Assembly (NCBI RefSeq): GCF_004010195.1 | Contig: NC_057719.1 | Coordinates: forward strand, 2,596,784 to 2,660,783 | Origin: Chiloscyllium plagiosum | Taxonomy: Eukaryota | Length of the DNA stretch: 64,000 nt | Reading direction: 5' to 3' | Shown: positions 13,063 through 26,295 of the stretch, in pieces | How positions within the stretch are numbered: the first letter of the stretch is position 1 | Layout of the letters: the number at the start of each line of letters is the position of its first letter | Position numbers and translations under genes: made by a program | Notes under the pieces: model-generated | Seen by the model: the letters and a program-made list of their open reading frames with translations, nothing else | Told to the model about the DNA's origin: nothing | Database searches by the model: none

Positions 13063-16000
13063 TGTCACAAAGATATTACTACAGTTGTTATGGGGGATTT
13101 CAACATGCAGGTAGACTGGGAGAATCAGGATGGTATTGGACCCCAAGAAAGGGAGTTTGTGGAGTGCCTCAGAGATGGATTCTTAGAACAGCTTGTACTG
13201 GAGCCTACCAGGGAGAAAGCAATTCTGGATGTGATGTTGTGCAATGAACCGGATTATCAGGGACCTCAAAGTAAAGGAGCCATTAGGAGGGAGTGACCAT
13301 AATACAATAAGCTTTAATCTGCTGTTTGAAAGGGAGAGGGTATAATCGGAAGTGACAATATTTCAGTTGAATAAGGGGAACTATGGAGCTATGAGGGAGA
13401 AGCTAGCCAAAGTTCAATGGTGCAATACCCTAGCAGGGATGGCAGTGGAGCAACAATGGCAGGTATTTCTGGGTATAATGCAGACGATGCAGGATCAGTT
13501 CATTCCAAAAAGGAAGAAAGATCCTAAGGGGAGGCAGGGGTGGCCGTGACGAGGGAAGTTAAGGACCATATAAAGACAAAAGGGAAAAAGTATAACATAG
13601 CAAAGATGAGGGGTGAAAATGGAGGACTTGGAAAGCTTTTAAAGAACAACAGAGGATAACTAAAAAGGATAAAAGAACTAAAAAGGATAACTAAAACTAA
13701 ATATGCAAAGAAAAAATAAGGTACGAAGGTAAACTGGCCAAAAATATAAAGGAGGGTGGTAAAGGCTTTTTTAAGTATGTGAAAAGAAAGAAAATGGTTA
13801 CGACTAAAATTGGGCCCTTGAAGACAGAAACGGGTGAATTTATTACGGGGAATGAAGAAATGGCAGAAGAGTTGAATTGGTACTTTAGATCTGTCTTCAC
13901 TGGGGAAGACACGAGAAATCTCCCAGATGTAATAGTGGCTGAAGGACCTGAACTGAAGGGAATTTATATTTGGCAGGAAATAGTGTTGGAGAGACTATTA
14001 GGTCTGAAGGTTGATAAGTCCCCGGGGCCTGATGGTCTGCATCCCAGGGTACTGAAGGAGGTGGCTCGAGAAATCGTGGATGCATTGGTGATCATTTTCC
14101 AATGTTCTATAGATTCAGGATCAGTTCCTGCGGATTGGAGGGTGGCTAATGTTGTCCCACTTTTTAAGAAAGGAGGGACCAGTTAGTCTGACCTCAGTGG
14201 TGGGAAAAATGCTGGAGTCAATTATAAAGGACGAAATTGCGACACATCTGGATAGCAGTAACAGGATAGGACAGAGTCAGCATGGATTTATGAAGAGGAA
14301 ATCATGCTTGACTAATCTTCTGGAATTTTTTGAGGATGTAACTCTGAAGATAGACAGGGGAGCTCCAGTGGATGTAGTATACCTGGACTTTCGGAAAGCC
14401 TTTGATAAAGTCCCACATAGGAGGTTAGTGAGCAATATTAGGGCACATGGTATTGGGGACAAAATACTGATTTGGACTGAAAATTGGTTGGCTGCCAGGA
14501 AACAACAGAGAAGTGATAAACAGCTCCCTTTCGGAATGGCAGGCGGTGACCAGTGGTGTGCCGCAGGGATCAGTGCTGGGACCGCAGCTTTTTACAATGT
14601 ACATTAATGATATAGAAGAAGGTATTAAAAGTAATATTAGCAAATTTGCTGATGACACAAAGCTGGACGGCAGGGTGAAATGTGATGAGGATGTTAGGAG
14701 ATTACAGGGTGATCTGGACAAGTTAGGTGAGTGGTCAGATGCATGGCAGATGCAGTTTAATGTGGATAAATGTGTGGTTATCCACTTTGGTGGCAAGAAC
14801 AGGAAGCAGAATACTACCTAAATGGAGTCAAATTAGGTAACGAAACAGTACAACGAGATCTAGGTGTTCTTGTACATCAGTCAATGAAGGCAAGCATGCA
14901 GGTACAGCAGACAGTGGGGAAAGCTAATGGCATGCTGGCCTTCATAACAAGAGGAATTGAGTATAGAAGCAAAGAGGTCCTTCTCTAGGTGTATAGGGTC
15001 CTGGTGAGACCGCAGTTGGAATATTGTGCGCAGTTTTGGTCTCCAAATTTGAGGAAAGACATTCTGGCTATTGAGGGAGTGCAGCGTAGGTTCACAAGGT
15101 CAATTCCCGGAATAGCGGGACTATCTTACGCTGAAAGATTGGAGCAACTGGGCTTGTATATGCTTGAGTTTAGACGGCTGAGAGGGGATCTGACTGAGAC
15201 ATATAAGATTATTAAAGGATTGGACACTCTGGAGGCAGGAAGCATGTTTCCGTTGATGAGTGTGTGCCGAACCAGAGGACACAGTTTAAAAATAAGGGGT
15301 AGGCCACTTAGAACAGAGTTGAGGAGAAACTTCTTCACCCAGACTAAGAACAAGAGGGTGCAGATTCAAAGTAATAGGGAAAAAGAGCACAAGTGACATG
15401 AGGAAAGTCTTTTATGTGCAGATGAATGGTTAAAGATTGGAATGCATTTCCTAAGAGTTTAGAGAATACACTTCGATTAAGAGTTCCAGATGGAATCAGA
15501 CTGTTTTATGAAATGTTTATGAAGAACATGCAGAGCTATGAGGGGACGGCAAGAGAATAGCACCAGGTTTAGGGGAGATTAGAGAAAACTTGATTTCATC
15601 CAGAGAGTGGTGGGTATCTGGAACTCACTGTCTAAAAGGGTGGCAAAGTTAGGAACACTCCAGATATTTCAGACGTATTTCGATGTACACTTGGAATGGC
15701 ACAGCATACAAGCTCACAGCATATAGCCAAGTGCTGGAAAAAGGTATTAGAGTAGATGGATGTTTGTTGATTGGTGATGGTGTGGACACCAAGGGCCAAA
15801 GGGTCATGCTGTAAAAACTCTATGACTCACTATAAGTCTAAGTGAATTACTCATTTGGAGAGTTAACACAGATACGTTTGGAAAGTTTTATGAGTGAGTA
15901 AAATGAAGAGTGTCCTGAATTTGGCTGTCAGATAGAAGATCCTGAAGTTGATTTTCAGCAGTCATATACTGGGGGGAAAGAAGCTTTTTATCTTCACTTT

Positions 16001-16839
16001 GGGCATTTTTTGTCAAAGTCATGGCAGGTGCTGAATGTGTAAAACAGTTGCTCCTGAGATAGGAAGGTGGTTTAGGACTGTTGAGCTTACCTTGTTGAAA
16101 GGAATTTAAGGCTGTCTTTGCTGACACCAGTGCATGTACACTGTGCACCGGTTAAATTTGTGTGAGCAACAGGAATGCGGGGGACACAAATATAAACAAC
16201 TTGTTGTCACTGTATGTGGGGATAGAGAGAGGAGGCAGAGGAGCAGGGTCTGACAGGGAGGGGACAGGGGAAGCCAATGGGACATGGGTATGAGGGACAA
16301 GGGGAGGGTATGGGGGCAAGAGGAGTTGTGAGCCTCCTGGACATTACCTACCCCTTTGCTGCCTGTCCTCTCTCCCTCTTCCTCACACTGCCATCCCGTG
16401 TCCTCATACCTGCCCCCCCAACAATTCTCGACCTCTCTCGTTCTACTGCAGTCCCCTACCAACATTCTCTCTGCCCTGTTCCCCTCCCCGTGACCACTCC
16501 TCCCTCTGTTGAACTCTGTTTCAAAATCACAATTCTTCTCTTTGCATATGATGTACATAGAACATAGAACATTACAGCGCAGTACAAGCCCTTCAGCCCT
16601 CGATGTTGCGCCGTCCTGTCATACTAATCTCTGTCATACTGATTCCTCATAAGACATTCCCTCCACACCAGGCAACATCTAGTAAATGTCCTCTGTACCC
16701 TTTCCAAAGCTTCCACAGCTTTCTTATAATGCGGTGACCAGAACTGTACACAATACTCCAAGTGTAGACATTTACATGAACGGTGCACATGCATGTTTCT
16801 GGATTAGCACACACATGTGTGGAGTTGCTGTGGGGGTCA

Positions 16840-17742
16840 TGTTATGATTCAGAACCAGACCTCCGGCAGATATATATCAAGGAGACAGCCTAGACCCTAC
16901 CTTTTATCTTATTTAAAGGCAAGTGTAAAGTGCTGTGTTCTGGATGTAATTCAATTCATCACACTACTTGGCTTTAAGCCAAACACACCTTGTTCTTACA
17001 CTACAGTTTAAATACAAACAAAAGAAAGAAGTCTAACTTTTAACCCTACTGGAAAATCTAACAGAATAATAAATTATTTATCTATGAAATGGTGGCTCAG
17101 TGGTTAGCATTGCTGCCTCACAGTGCCAGGGACCTGTTTTTGATTCCAGCCTCGGGCAACTGTATGGAGTTTGCACATTCTCCCCCTTTTTGCGTGGGTT
17201 TCCTCCAGGTGCTCTGGTTTCCTTCCACAATCCAAAGATGTGCAGGTCAGGTGGATTGGTCATACTAAATTGCCAATAATGTTGGGTGCATTAGTCAGAA
17301 ATGGGTTTGGGTGGGTTACTCTTCAGAGAGTCGGTGTGGACTTGTTGGGCCAAAGGGCCTATTTCCACACTGTAGGGAATCTAATCTAATCTCAACAGAA
17401 CTGTTCCAATACAATAACATCCTCTAAACACACCCTTGGCCAAGGCAAATTCAGTAAAACAGATTGTCTCACAGGTAATACTAGCAACAAAGACAGAAAG
17501 ATGTAACAGCTTTCACAACTGGCTTCAAGACCCCAGCAACTACCGAAAACTAAATTAAAACCCTGGTTCTGTGCGAGCCTGACTCCACCCATTCAGGCTG
17601 CTCCTATTGTTCCAACTTAAAAAAAACCCAAGGCCTCACACACTGTTTACGTTATTGGCTCTGAGTAGACTGCTCTTTACCTCTGTCTCAACCTCTCTTC
17701 ATAAATAAATTGATAAAATACATCTCTTAAAGTAACATCACA
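16840..17742 (-). mobile_element. Solo LTR (same family as 7062-9787) containing an HE1 SINE
   Basis: TG...CA termini (TGTTATG ... CATCACA); flanks GTCA and ATCA form a near-perfect 4-bp TSD. Confidence 0.75.
17090..17392 (+). mobile_element. HE1-type tRNA-derived V-SINE
   Basis: A-box TGGCTCAGTGG; central GGAGTTTGCACATTCTCCCC...GGGTTTCCTCC domain; CR1-like tail and (CTAAT)n end. Confidence 0.88.
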
Positions 17743-17956
17743 ATCAGAGAGATTTGAAAAAGTATGTCATGGAAGTTACCTAAATCCCTTTCAGGAACAG
17801 AAGAAAAAACAAATTATTTATACAGCATTTTTAGCGCCGTAAAACCTTTACAGCAAAGTATTTGTGGTGATTGGAACCAGGTAGATCTCATGGACTATGA
17901 GATCCTTAACTGGGGTTGTTAACCTGGGCCAATCAGGGATCATCTGGCTAACAGAT

Positions 17957-20331
17957 ACAGATGGAGAGGAATTTGTTAAGTGGGTACAAGAAAATGTTCT
18001 GATTCAGTATGTGAATGTACCTGCAAGAGAAGGTGCAAAACTTGACCTACTCTTGGGAAATAAGGTAGACAGGTGACTGAGTGTCAGTGGGGGAGCACTT
18101 TCGGGTCAGCGACCAAAATTCTATTAGTTTTAAAATAGTGATGGAAAAGGATAGACGAGATCTAAAAGATAAAGTTCTAAATTGGAGAAAGGCCAATTTT
18201 GATGATATTAGGCAAGAACTTTCAAAAGTTGATTGGGGATGGATATTCATAGGTAAAGGGACAGCTGGAAAATGGGAAGCTTTCAGAAATGAGATAACAA
18301 GAGTCCAGAGACAGTATGTTCCTGTTAGGGTGAAAGACAAGGCTGGTAAATGTAAGGAATGCTGGATGACTACAGAAATTGAGGTTTTGGTCAAAAAAAG
18401 GAAAGCATATGTCAAGTATAGACAGCAGGGATCAAGTGAATCCTTAGAAGAGTATTAAGGCAGTAGGAGCATACTTAAGAGAGAAATCAGGAGGGCAAAA
18501 AGGGGATATGAGGTAGCTTTGGCAAATAGGCTTAAGGAGAATCCAAAAGAATTACATTAAGGACAAAAGAGTAACTAGGGAGAGAATAGGGCCCCTAGAG
18601 ATGAGCAATGCAGCCGATGTATGAAACCGCAAGAGATGGGGGAGATACTAAACCAGTATTTTGCAATTAGTGTTTACTATGGAGAAGGATATGGAAGATA
18701 CAGAATGTGGGAAAATAGATGGTGACATCTTGAAATGTGTCCATATTATCGAGGAGGACGTGCTGGATGTCTTAAAATTAAAATGCATAAAGGTGGATAA
18801 AACCCCAGGACCTGATCAAGTGTATCCTAGAGCTCGGTGGGAAGCTAGGGAAGTTATTGCTGGGCCCCTTGCTGAGATATTTCTATCATCGATAGTCACA
18901 GGTGAGGTGCCGGAAGACTGGAGGTTGGCTAACGTGGTGCCACTATTTAAGAAAGGTGGTAAAGAAATGCAAGGGAATATAGATTGGTGAGCCCGACATT
19001 GGTGGTGGGCAAGTTGTTGGAGGGAATCCTGAAGGATAGGATTTACATGTACTTGGAGAGGCAAGGACTGATTATGGATAATTAACATGACTTTGTGTGT
19101 GGGAAATTGTATCCCATTAACTTAATTGAGTTTTTTGAAGAAGTAACAAAGAGGATTGATAAGGGCAGAGTAGTGGATGTGATCTATATGGACTTCAGTA
19201 AGGTATTTGACCATGTTCCTCGTGGTAGACTGGTTAGCAAGGTCAGATCACATGCAACGCAAGGAGAACTAGCCATTTGGATACAGAATGGGCTTGAAGA
19301 TAGAAGACAGAGGGTGGTGGTGGAGTGTTCCCTTTCAGACTGGAGGCCTGTGACCAGTGGAGTGCCACAAGGATCGGTGCTAGATCCACTGCTTTTTGTC
19401 ATTTAAATAAATGATTTGGATGTGAACATAGGAGTTATAGTTAGTAAGTTTGCAGACGACACCAAAATTGGAGGTGTAGTGGACAGTGAAAAAGGTTACC
19501 TCAGATTACAACAGGATCTTGATCAGAGGAGTAGCAGATGAAGTTTAATTTAGAAAAATGTGAAGTGCTGAATTTTGGAAAGGCAAATCACTTAATGGTA
19601 GGGCCCTGGGGAGTGTTGCTGAACAAAGAGACCTTGGAGTGTAGGTTCATAGCTCCTTGAAAGTAGAGTCGCAGGTAGATAGGATAGTGAAGAAGGTGTT
19701 TGGTATGCTTTCCTTTATTGGTCAGAGTATTGAGTATAGGAGTTGGGAGGTCATGTTACAGCTGTGCAGGACATTGGTTAGGCCACATTTGGAATACTGT
19801 GTGCAATTCTGGTTTCCTTCCTATTGGAAATATGTTGTGAAACTTGACAGGGTTCAGAAAAGATTTACAAGGATGTTGCCAGGATTGGAGGATTTGAGCT
19901 ATAGGGAGAGGCCGAATAGGCTGGGGCTGTTTTCCCTGGAGTGTTGGAGGCTGAAGGGTGACCTAATAAATGTTTATAAAATAATGAGAGGCATGGATAG
20001 GGTAAATAGACATGGGGTGGGAGAGTCCAGAACTAGAGGGCATAGGTTTAGGGTAAGAGGGGAAAAGATTTAAAAGGAACCAAAGGGGAAACTTTTTCAC
20101 GCAGAGGGTGGTATGTGTATGGAATGAGTTGCCAGAGGAGGTGATGGAGGCTGGTACAATTACAACATTTAAAAGGAATCTGGATGGATATATGAATAGG
20201 AAGGGTGTGGAGGGATATGGGCCAAATGCTGGCAAATGGGACTTTATTAATTTAGGATATCTCATCGGCATGGACAATTTGTACTGAAGGGTGTGGTTTT
20301 GTGCTGTACACCTCTGTGACTCTATGACTAT
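17957..20331 (+). mobile_element. CR1-clade LINE ORF2 (endonuclease C-terminus and RT) with tail, degraded
   Basis: [46 protein letters not shown] and LEYCVQFW. Confidence 0.93.
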
Positions 20332-20340
20332 ATATAAACA

Positions 20341-20741
20341 AAGTTAAAAGTCACACAACACCAGGTAGTAGTCCAACAGGTTTATTTGAAAGCACTAGCT
20401 CAGGTCAAGTGCCACACCTTCAATCTGAGCTGAGATGGCACCTATTTTTAAAGATATCTTGAGAATGTAACTTTAAAAAAGTTCTGAGATTTATATATGA
20501 AAAAACTGAAACTAACATGATCATTCTAACAGATCAAAGACTCAAGCTAAGTTTGTTTAATATTACATTTTATGATACTGCAATCCTGTTGCTATAAATC
20601 CTGTGTCTTATGATTCTGCTCCACAACCACCTGATAAAGAGGCAGAACTCTGAAAGCTAGTGCCCCCAAATTAACCTGTTGGACTATAACCTGGTGTTGT
20701 GTCCATCCCAGTCCAACACTGGCACCTCTAAGTCATATTTT
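20341..20741 (+). mobile_element. Penelope-like terminal element (family E) with inverted ends
   Basis: 20354-20400 is the inverse of 20655-20701; hammerhead-like motif at 20628-20662; TAAACA duplicated at both sides. Confidence 0.65.
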
Positions 20742-21049
20742 TAAACAGGGGATTTGGAATCTCCTCAGTTTGGGAGACTGACTCTGAGCTGGCTGGCCAC
20801 AACCACTTTACTGTGCACCAGTAAATATAATGTCAGGATACTGGCTTCTGTGAAGTTATTTCTATATCATGCCAAAGTTTGACATGAATCAAAGAAGAAT
20901 TAGAATTAGATTTTATTGTCACATGTACTGAAGTACAGGAGTACAGTGGGAAATGAATTATGTCACCAGTTCTGGTGCCATCTTAGATGTAAAGGTACAA
21001 CAACTTAGAAACAAAGTAGAAAAATAAAGAAATAAAGCTTTTTTTTGGA

Positions 21050-22670
21050 TTCACTCTAACCTTCTCAGCCAAGGCTATCTCGTGTCCCCTTTTCACCCTC
21101 CTGATTTCCTTCTTCAGTCACCTCCTGTATCCCCTACATACCTCCAGGGATTCCCTTGATCCCAGCTGCTTGTACCAGAGCCATGTCTCCTCCTTTTTTC
21201 TGGTTAAAGCCTCAATATCTTTTGTCATCCAGGGTACCCTATTCCTGCCAACCTTGCCCCTCACCCTCAGAGGAACATACGGACTTTGAACTCCAGCTAT
21301 CTCACTTTTGAAGGCCTCTCACTTGCTGGAGGTCCCTTTACCTGCAAATTACTCCAATCAACCCCTGCAAGCTCCTGTCTAATTCCATCAAAATTCACTC
21401 TGCCCGAATTTAGAACATGAACCTGTAGACCAGTTTTGTCCTTCTCCATAACTATTTAAAAATTTTAAAAAAACTATGGTCACTGGTCCCAAAGTGCTCG
21501 CATGCTGTCACTTCCATCACCTGTCCTGCACTATTTCCCAAGATTAGACCATGTTTTGCCCTTTTCCAAATAGCACACTCCATATACTGCTTGAGGAAAC
21601 TTTCCTGAATACACATAACACATTCCACCCCATCTAAGCTCTTTGCGTTATGGCAATCCCAGTCTATGTTAGGAACATTAAAATCCCCTACTATGTCAAC
21701 TCTATTACTCCTGCAGGTCTCCCCAGTCTCCCTGCAATTCTGTTCCTCTTAGCAAGTTTTGAGAAGATTTGAAGCTCAGGTTGATGATATGGATGTAAAT
21801 TAGCTCACTGAGCTGGAAGGTTTGTTTCATCACCATGACTAGGTAACATCATCAGTGAGAGTCTTCAGTGGGGGCCTGTAGTACAACCCTAATAACGTCA
21901 TCGCCCCCTTCTTATTTCTTAGTTCCACCCACAAAGCCTCACTGGATGATCCTTCAGTTATTTCATCTCTGATTACTGCTGTGATACTCATCTCAATCAA
22001 AAATGCAACCCCCCCCCTCCCCTCCTTCCACCACCTCTGTCCCGGCTAAAGCACCTGTACCCTGGCACATTAAGCTGCCAGTCCTGTCCCGAGGTGAAGG
22101 GCTCCAGCCTGAAACATTGATGTTCCTGCTCCTTGAATGCTGCCTAACCTGCTGTGCTTTTTCAACAACACACTCTCAACTCTGTCCCTCCCTTAGCCAT
22201 GTTTCTGTAATGGCTATAATATCCCAGTGCAATTTAATCCAACAGGCATTCCTTGCTCCCTGTCCCGTTCCAATCTTACTGGTTTCTTTACTTTACTATT
22301 TCTGATTACTGTATCTCCTTCCAGCCTCAAACTTGCCTCCCTGCTGTTGAGGATCCCCATGAATCTAGTTTAAACCCTTCCTTGCAGCACTGGTAAACAT
22401 GGCTGCCAAGATATTGGTTTCCCCCTCAGTTCAGATGCAACCTGTCCCCAGAAAAATATCCCAATGATCTATAAATCTGAATCCCTGCCCCCTACACCAA
22501 TTCTTTAGCCATGCATTCATTTGCCATATTCTCCTGTTCTCACCCTCACTAGTTTGTGGGACTGGAAGTAATCCGGAGATTACCATCGACGAGGTCCTGC
22601 TTTTTAACTTTTGTTCCTAGCTCTCTATAATCACTCTGCAGGACCTCATCCCTATTCCTACCGATGTCAT
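21050..22670 (-). mobile_element. Old CR1-clade LINE, ORF1 end and endonuclease region, with small Penelope terminal inserts (21750-21870, 22090-22180)
   Basis: Minus-strand VGDFN-like motif near 21680 and DHSF-like motif near 21475; similarity to 57500-58500. Confidence 0.65.
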
Positions 22671-22976
22671 TTGTCTAAAGAGGTTCCTTAAGTATATTAA
22701 AGGAAAAAGAATAACTAGAAGACCCCTCAAGGACCAAAGTGGACATGTATGTGTAGAATCGAGAGTGTGGTGCTGGAAAAGCACAGCAGGTCAGGCAGCA
22801 TCCAAGCAGCAGGAGAATCGATGTTTCGGGCAAAAGCCTGATGAATGAATAATGATTAAAGAGTATAATGGAACAGAGCGACTTTGGAGTTCAGATGCAC
22901 GGGTCTCTGAAAGGGAAATCACTGATAGACAGGGCAGTGAAGAAGGCTTTTGGCACACTGGCTTTCATCAGTCAGC

Positions 22977-23449
22977 CAGTTTTGTCCATCTCCATAACTA
23001 TTTAAAAATTAATAGAACTATGGTCACTGGTCCCAAAGTGCTCCCATGCTGTCACCTCCATCACCTGTCCTGCCCTATTTCCCAAGATTAGACCATGTTT
23101 TGCCCCTTTTCCAAATAGCACACTCCATATACTGCTTGAAGAAACTTTCCTGAATACACATAACACATTCCACCCCATCTAAACTCTTTGCGTTATGGCA
23201 ATCCCAGTCTATGTTAGGAACATTAAAATCCCCTCCTATGACAATCCTATTACTCCTGCAGGTCTCCCCAGTCTTCCTGCAATCGTGTTCCTCTTAGCAA
23301 GTTTTGAGAAGATTTGAAGCTCAGGTTGATGTGGATGTAAGTTAGCTCGCTGAACTGGAATGTTTGTTTTCAGACGTTTCATCACCATGACTAGATAACA
23401 TCATCAGTGAGAGTCTCCAGTGGGGGCCTATAGTACAAGCCCAATAACG
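22977..23449 (+). repeat. About 470-bp direct copy of 21431-21898
   Basis: High identity along the whole length, including the embedded Penelope fragment. Confidence 0.9.
23370..23410 (-). ncRNA. Minimal type I hammerhead ribozyme motif (family D terminus)
   Basis: Minus strand UCA-CUGAUGA-U-GUUAUC-uagucau-GGUGAU-GAAA-CGUC-UGA: intact core, pairing stems I and II, GUC triplet. Confidence 0.7.
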
Positions 23450-24750
23450 TATAGAAGTTGGGAAGTTATGTTGCAGTTATACAGCACGTTGGTGAGGCCA
23501 CACTTGGAATATTGTGTTCAGTTTTGGTCACCTTGCTAGAGGAAGGATGTTACTAAAATGGAAAGAGTGTAGAAGAAATTTACAAGGATGTTGCCAGGAC
23601 TCAATGGTCTGAGTTATAGGGAGAGGTTGGACAAGCTAGGACTTATTTCTTTAGAGAGTAGGAGATTGAGGTTTGGGGGGGGAGGAATACCCCATAGAGG
23701 TGCCTAAGACCATGAGAGGCCATGGGTAGGGTGAATGCAATCAGTCTTTTCCCCAGGGTTGGGGAATCGAGGACTAGAGGCTATCAGTTTATAGTTAGAG
23801 GGGAAAGAAGAAAAGGGAACCTGAGGAGCAACTCTTTTACACAAAGGGTGGTATGCATATGGAATGAGGAAGTGGTTGAGGTGGGTACATTAACAACATT
23901 TAAAAGGCATTTGGACAAATACAAGGATAGGAAAGGACTAGAAGGATATGGGCTAAATGCAGGGAAATGGGGTTAGTGTGGACGGACATTTTGGTCGGCA
24001 TGGACCAGTTTGGGCCAAAGGGCCTGTCTCAGCGCTGTAGGACTCTATGACTCTAAGTTAGAAGTTAAACATTACAGTCCTTCTTAGTATAAAGTAGAAA
24101 AATAAATTAATAAAGTTACAAGTTAAAATATTGTCACAGATTAAAGATTAACTCAAGAGCCTAATTTAAACAGAAGCAAGCAATATATTTCCCAACAAAA
24201 ATAAATGAGATTAAAGATTGGTACAGCATGTTCAAACAGGTAGATTTGAAGGAATGTCATGGAGGAGTTTAGAGTAAAACGAAAACAGGGGGACCAAATT
24301 CTGGAGCCTAGGGCATAGGTCACATAGCAGAACATGTTTACAGATATGCTGTTTGAGGATAGTTTAACTATTACTCAGGATATTGGGCTATCTTTCTGAC
24401 TTTCCAATATGGAGCCTTAGTTTCTTACAGCATGCACTAGGAAGTTTGATATAATTTTACATGGAAAATAAACACGATGTGCTTTCAAAGCCCTGTTTGT
24501 CATAACAGGTGGCGCTAACCCATGGAAAGAGCAAAAGGCAGGAGGTAAGCTTTCAGAGTTGTAGGTCGTGAGTTAGCAGCTGAACCTGAGATTTTCTGCT
24601 CCATGTTCACGTGTCTCTGACATTCTTCTCATCCTGAAATCCCAGCTCAAAACTAAAAATCATTAACCAAAAATGCCACAATGCCTTTGGTTTTACACAG
24701 TTTGCTTAAGACTATGTCTGGCCAACTCTTGTGCATGACTAAACACTTAC

Positions 24751-24801
24751 CTTATAAAGTATCTCAATACTATTCGTTGTAGTAGTTGTCCGTTCAGACA
24801 T
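24751..24801 (-). CDS. Candidate first coding exon of an unidentified host gene (MSERTTTTTNSIEILYK)
   Basis: ATG with A at -3; 17 open codons ending at a consensus donor AAG|GTAAGT (phase 0); non-repetitive context with several retained CpGs. Confidence 0.5.
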
Positions 24802-25081
24802 TCTTCCAAACACGCATTAAATGCACTAAGCGTTAACAGAGAATGAGCAGGAAGCAGATGATCTCACAACTGGGTGGGAGTGCGCTCGTTATAACAGGAA
24901 ACCACTGAATGAGCAAAATCTTGCAATATGTGATCAGAAAAGGGATGTAAGTGTGCCTTCACATGGTTTTACGAGTGGGGATCTTTCAGCTGGTAGTGGA
25001 AACACATCAAGGAGAGTTGTAGTCGGCTGGGTCTAGCAGAGGAAAGGAAGTTCAAATATCGCCTGCACTGCCTATATTGAC

Positions 25082-25531
25082 TCATAGAATCCCTACAGTG
25101 TGGGAGCAGGCCATTCAGCCCATCAGATCCACACATATCCTCTGAAGAGTGTTGCATCCAGACCCAATTGCCTAACCTGCCCCTGTATTTTCCATGGCCA
25201 ATCCACCTAACCTGCACATATTTCTATGTCTTATGGTCTTATGTCCACTCCTATGTCTTATGGTCTTATGAATGCGAGTAAGTGGAGTTGAAATGCCCAT
25301 CAGCCATGATTGAATGGCGGAGTGGACTCAATGGGCCGAATGGCCTTACTTCCACTCCTATGTCTTATGGTCTTATTTAGACTGTGGGAGGAAACCGGAG
25401 CACCTGGAGGAAACCCACACAGACATGGGGAGAATGGGCAAACTCCACACAGTCTCCCGAGGCTGAAATTGAACACAGGTCTGTGGCACTGTGAGGCAGT
25501 AGTGCCAACCCCTGAGCCACCGTGCCGCCCA
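25082..25531 (-). mobile_element. HE1-type V-SINE interrupted by a CR1 tail insertion (25222-25376)
   Basis: Reverse complement of the HE1 head, central domain and tail. Confidence 0.85.
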
Positions 25532-25667
25532 ACGCCTGATCAAGCATCACCTTAATTTTAAAATTTGCATCCTCGAGTTCAAATGCCTTCATGGCTTCAT
25601 CTCTCCATATCTTTGAAATTTCCTACTGTCCTATCCAACCTTCAGAGTTACCTGCACTCCTCTCAGT

Positions 25668-26295
25668 TATAGAGTCATAAAGACCCTATAGTTCAACTCG
25701 TCCATGCTGACCAGATGTCCTAAATTAATCTAGTCCTATTTGCCAGCATTTGGCCCATATCCCTCTAAATCCTTCCTATTCATATATCCACCCAGATGCC
25801 TTTTAAATGCTGTAATTGTACTAACCTCCACCACTTCCTCTGGCAGCTCATTCCATACACGCACCACCTTCTGCGTGAAAACATTGTCCCTTAGATCCCT
25901 CTTAAATCTTAAACTCAATGGGCTAAATGGCCTTCCATGTAGTTCTGGACTCCCCCACCCTGGGGAAAAGACCTTGTCTATTTACCCTATTCATGCCCCT
26001 CATGATTTTATCAACCTCTATATGGTCTCCCCTCAGCCTCTGATGCTCCAGGGAAAACAGCCCCAGTCTATTCAGACTCTCCCTATAGCTTAAACACTCC
26101 AACTCTGGCAATATCTTTGTAAGTCTTTTCGGAACCCTTCAAGTTTCACAACATCTTTCCTACATCAGGGAGACCAGAATTGAATGCAGTATTCCAAAAG
26201 TGGCCTAACCAATCCTGTACAGCCGCAACAATGACCTTGCACCTCCTCTGCACTGACCAATAATGGCAAGGATTTTCTTCATTGTCCTGTCTACC
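25668..26295 (-). mobile_element. CR1-clade LINE 3' fragment
   Basis: LGLFSLEHQRLRGD and VFTQKVVRVWNELP on the minus strand. Confidence 0.9.

Larger units (their letters stand above)
11552..15343 (+). mobile_element. Near full-length CR1-clade LINE (third subfamily), 3' end missing
   Basis: GC-rich 5' UTR; ORF1 from ATG 11839; ORF2 pieces [48 protein letters not shown] and KFADDTK; stops at RNFFTQ. Confidence 0.92.
17863..20864 (+). mobile_element. Short solo LTR split by CR1 and Penelope insertions (LTR pieces about 17863-17955 and 20742-20864)
   Basis: TGTGGTGATTG start, CCAAT box, TATAAA, end AGTTATTTCTA; flanks TATT and TATC. Confidence 0.5.
22670..24055 (+). mobile_element. Internally deleted CR1-clade LINE carrying inserts
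   Basis: [19 protein letters not shown] and SFTQRVVCIWNE; GACTCTATGACTCT tail; Penelope terminal insert at 22757-22846. Confidence 0.85.

Noticed and set aside
16106..16567. 150-aa and 96-aa ORFs
   Set aside because: They arise from purine- and pyrimidine-biased low-complexity sequence with no domain
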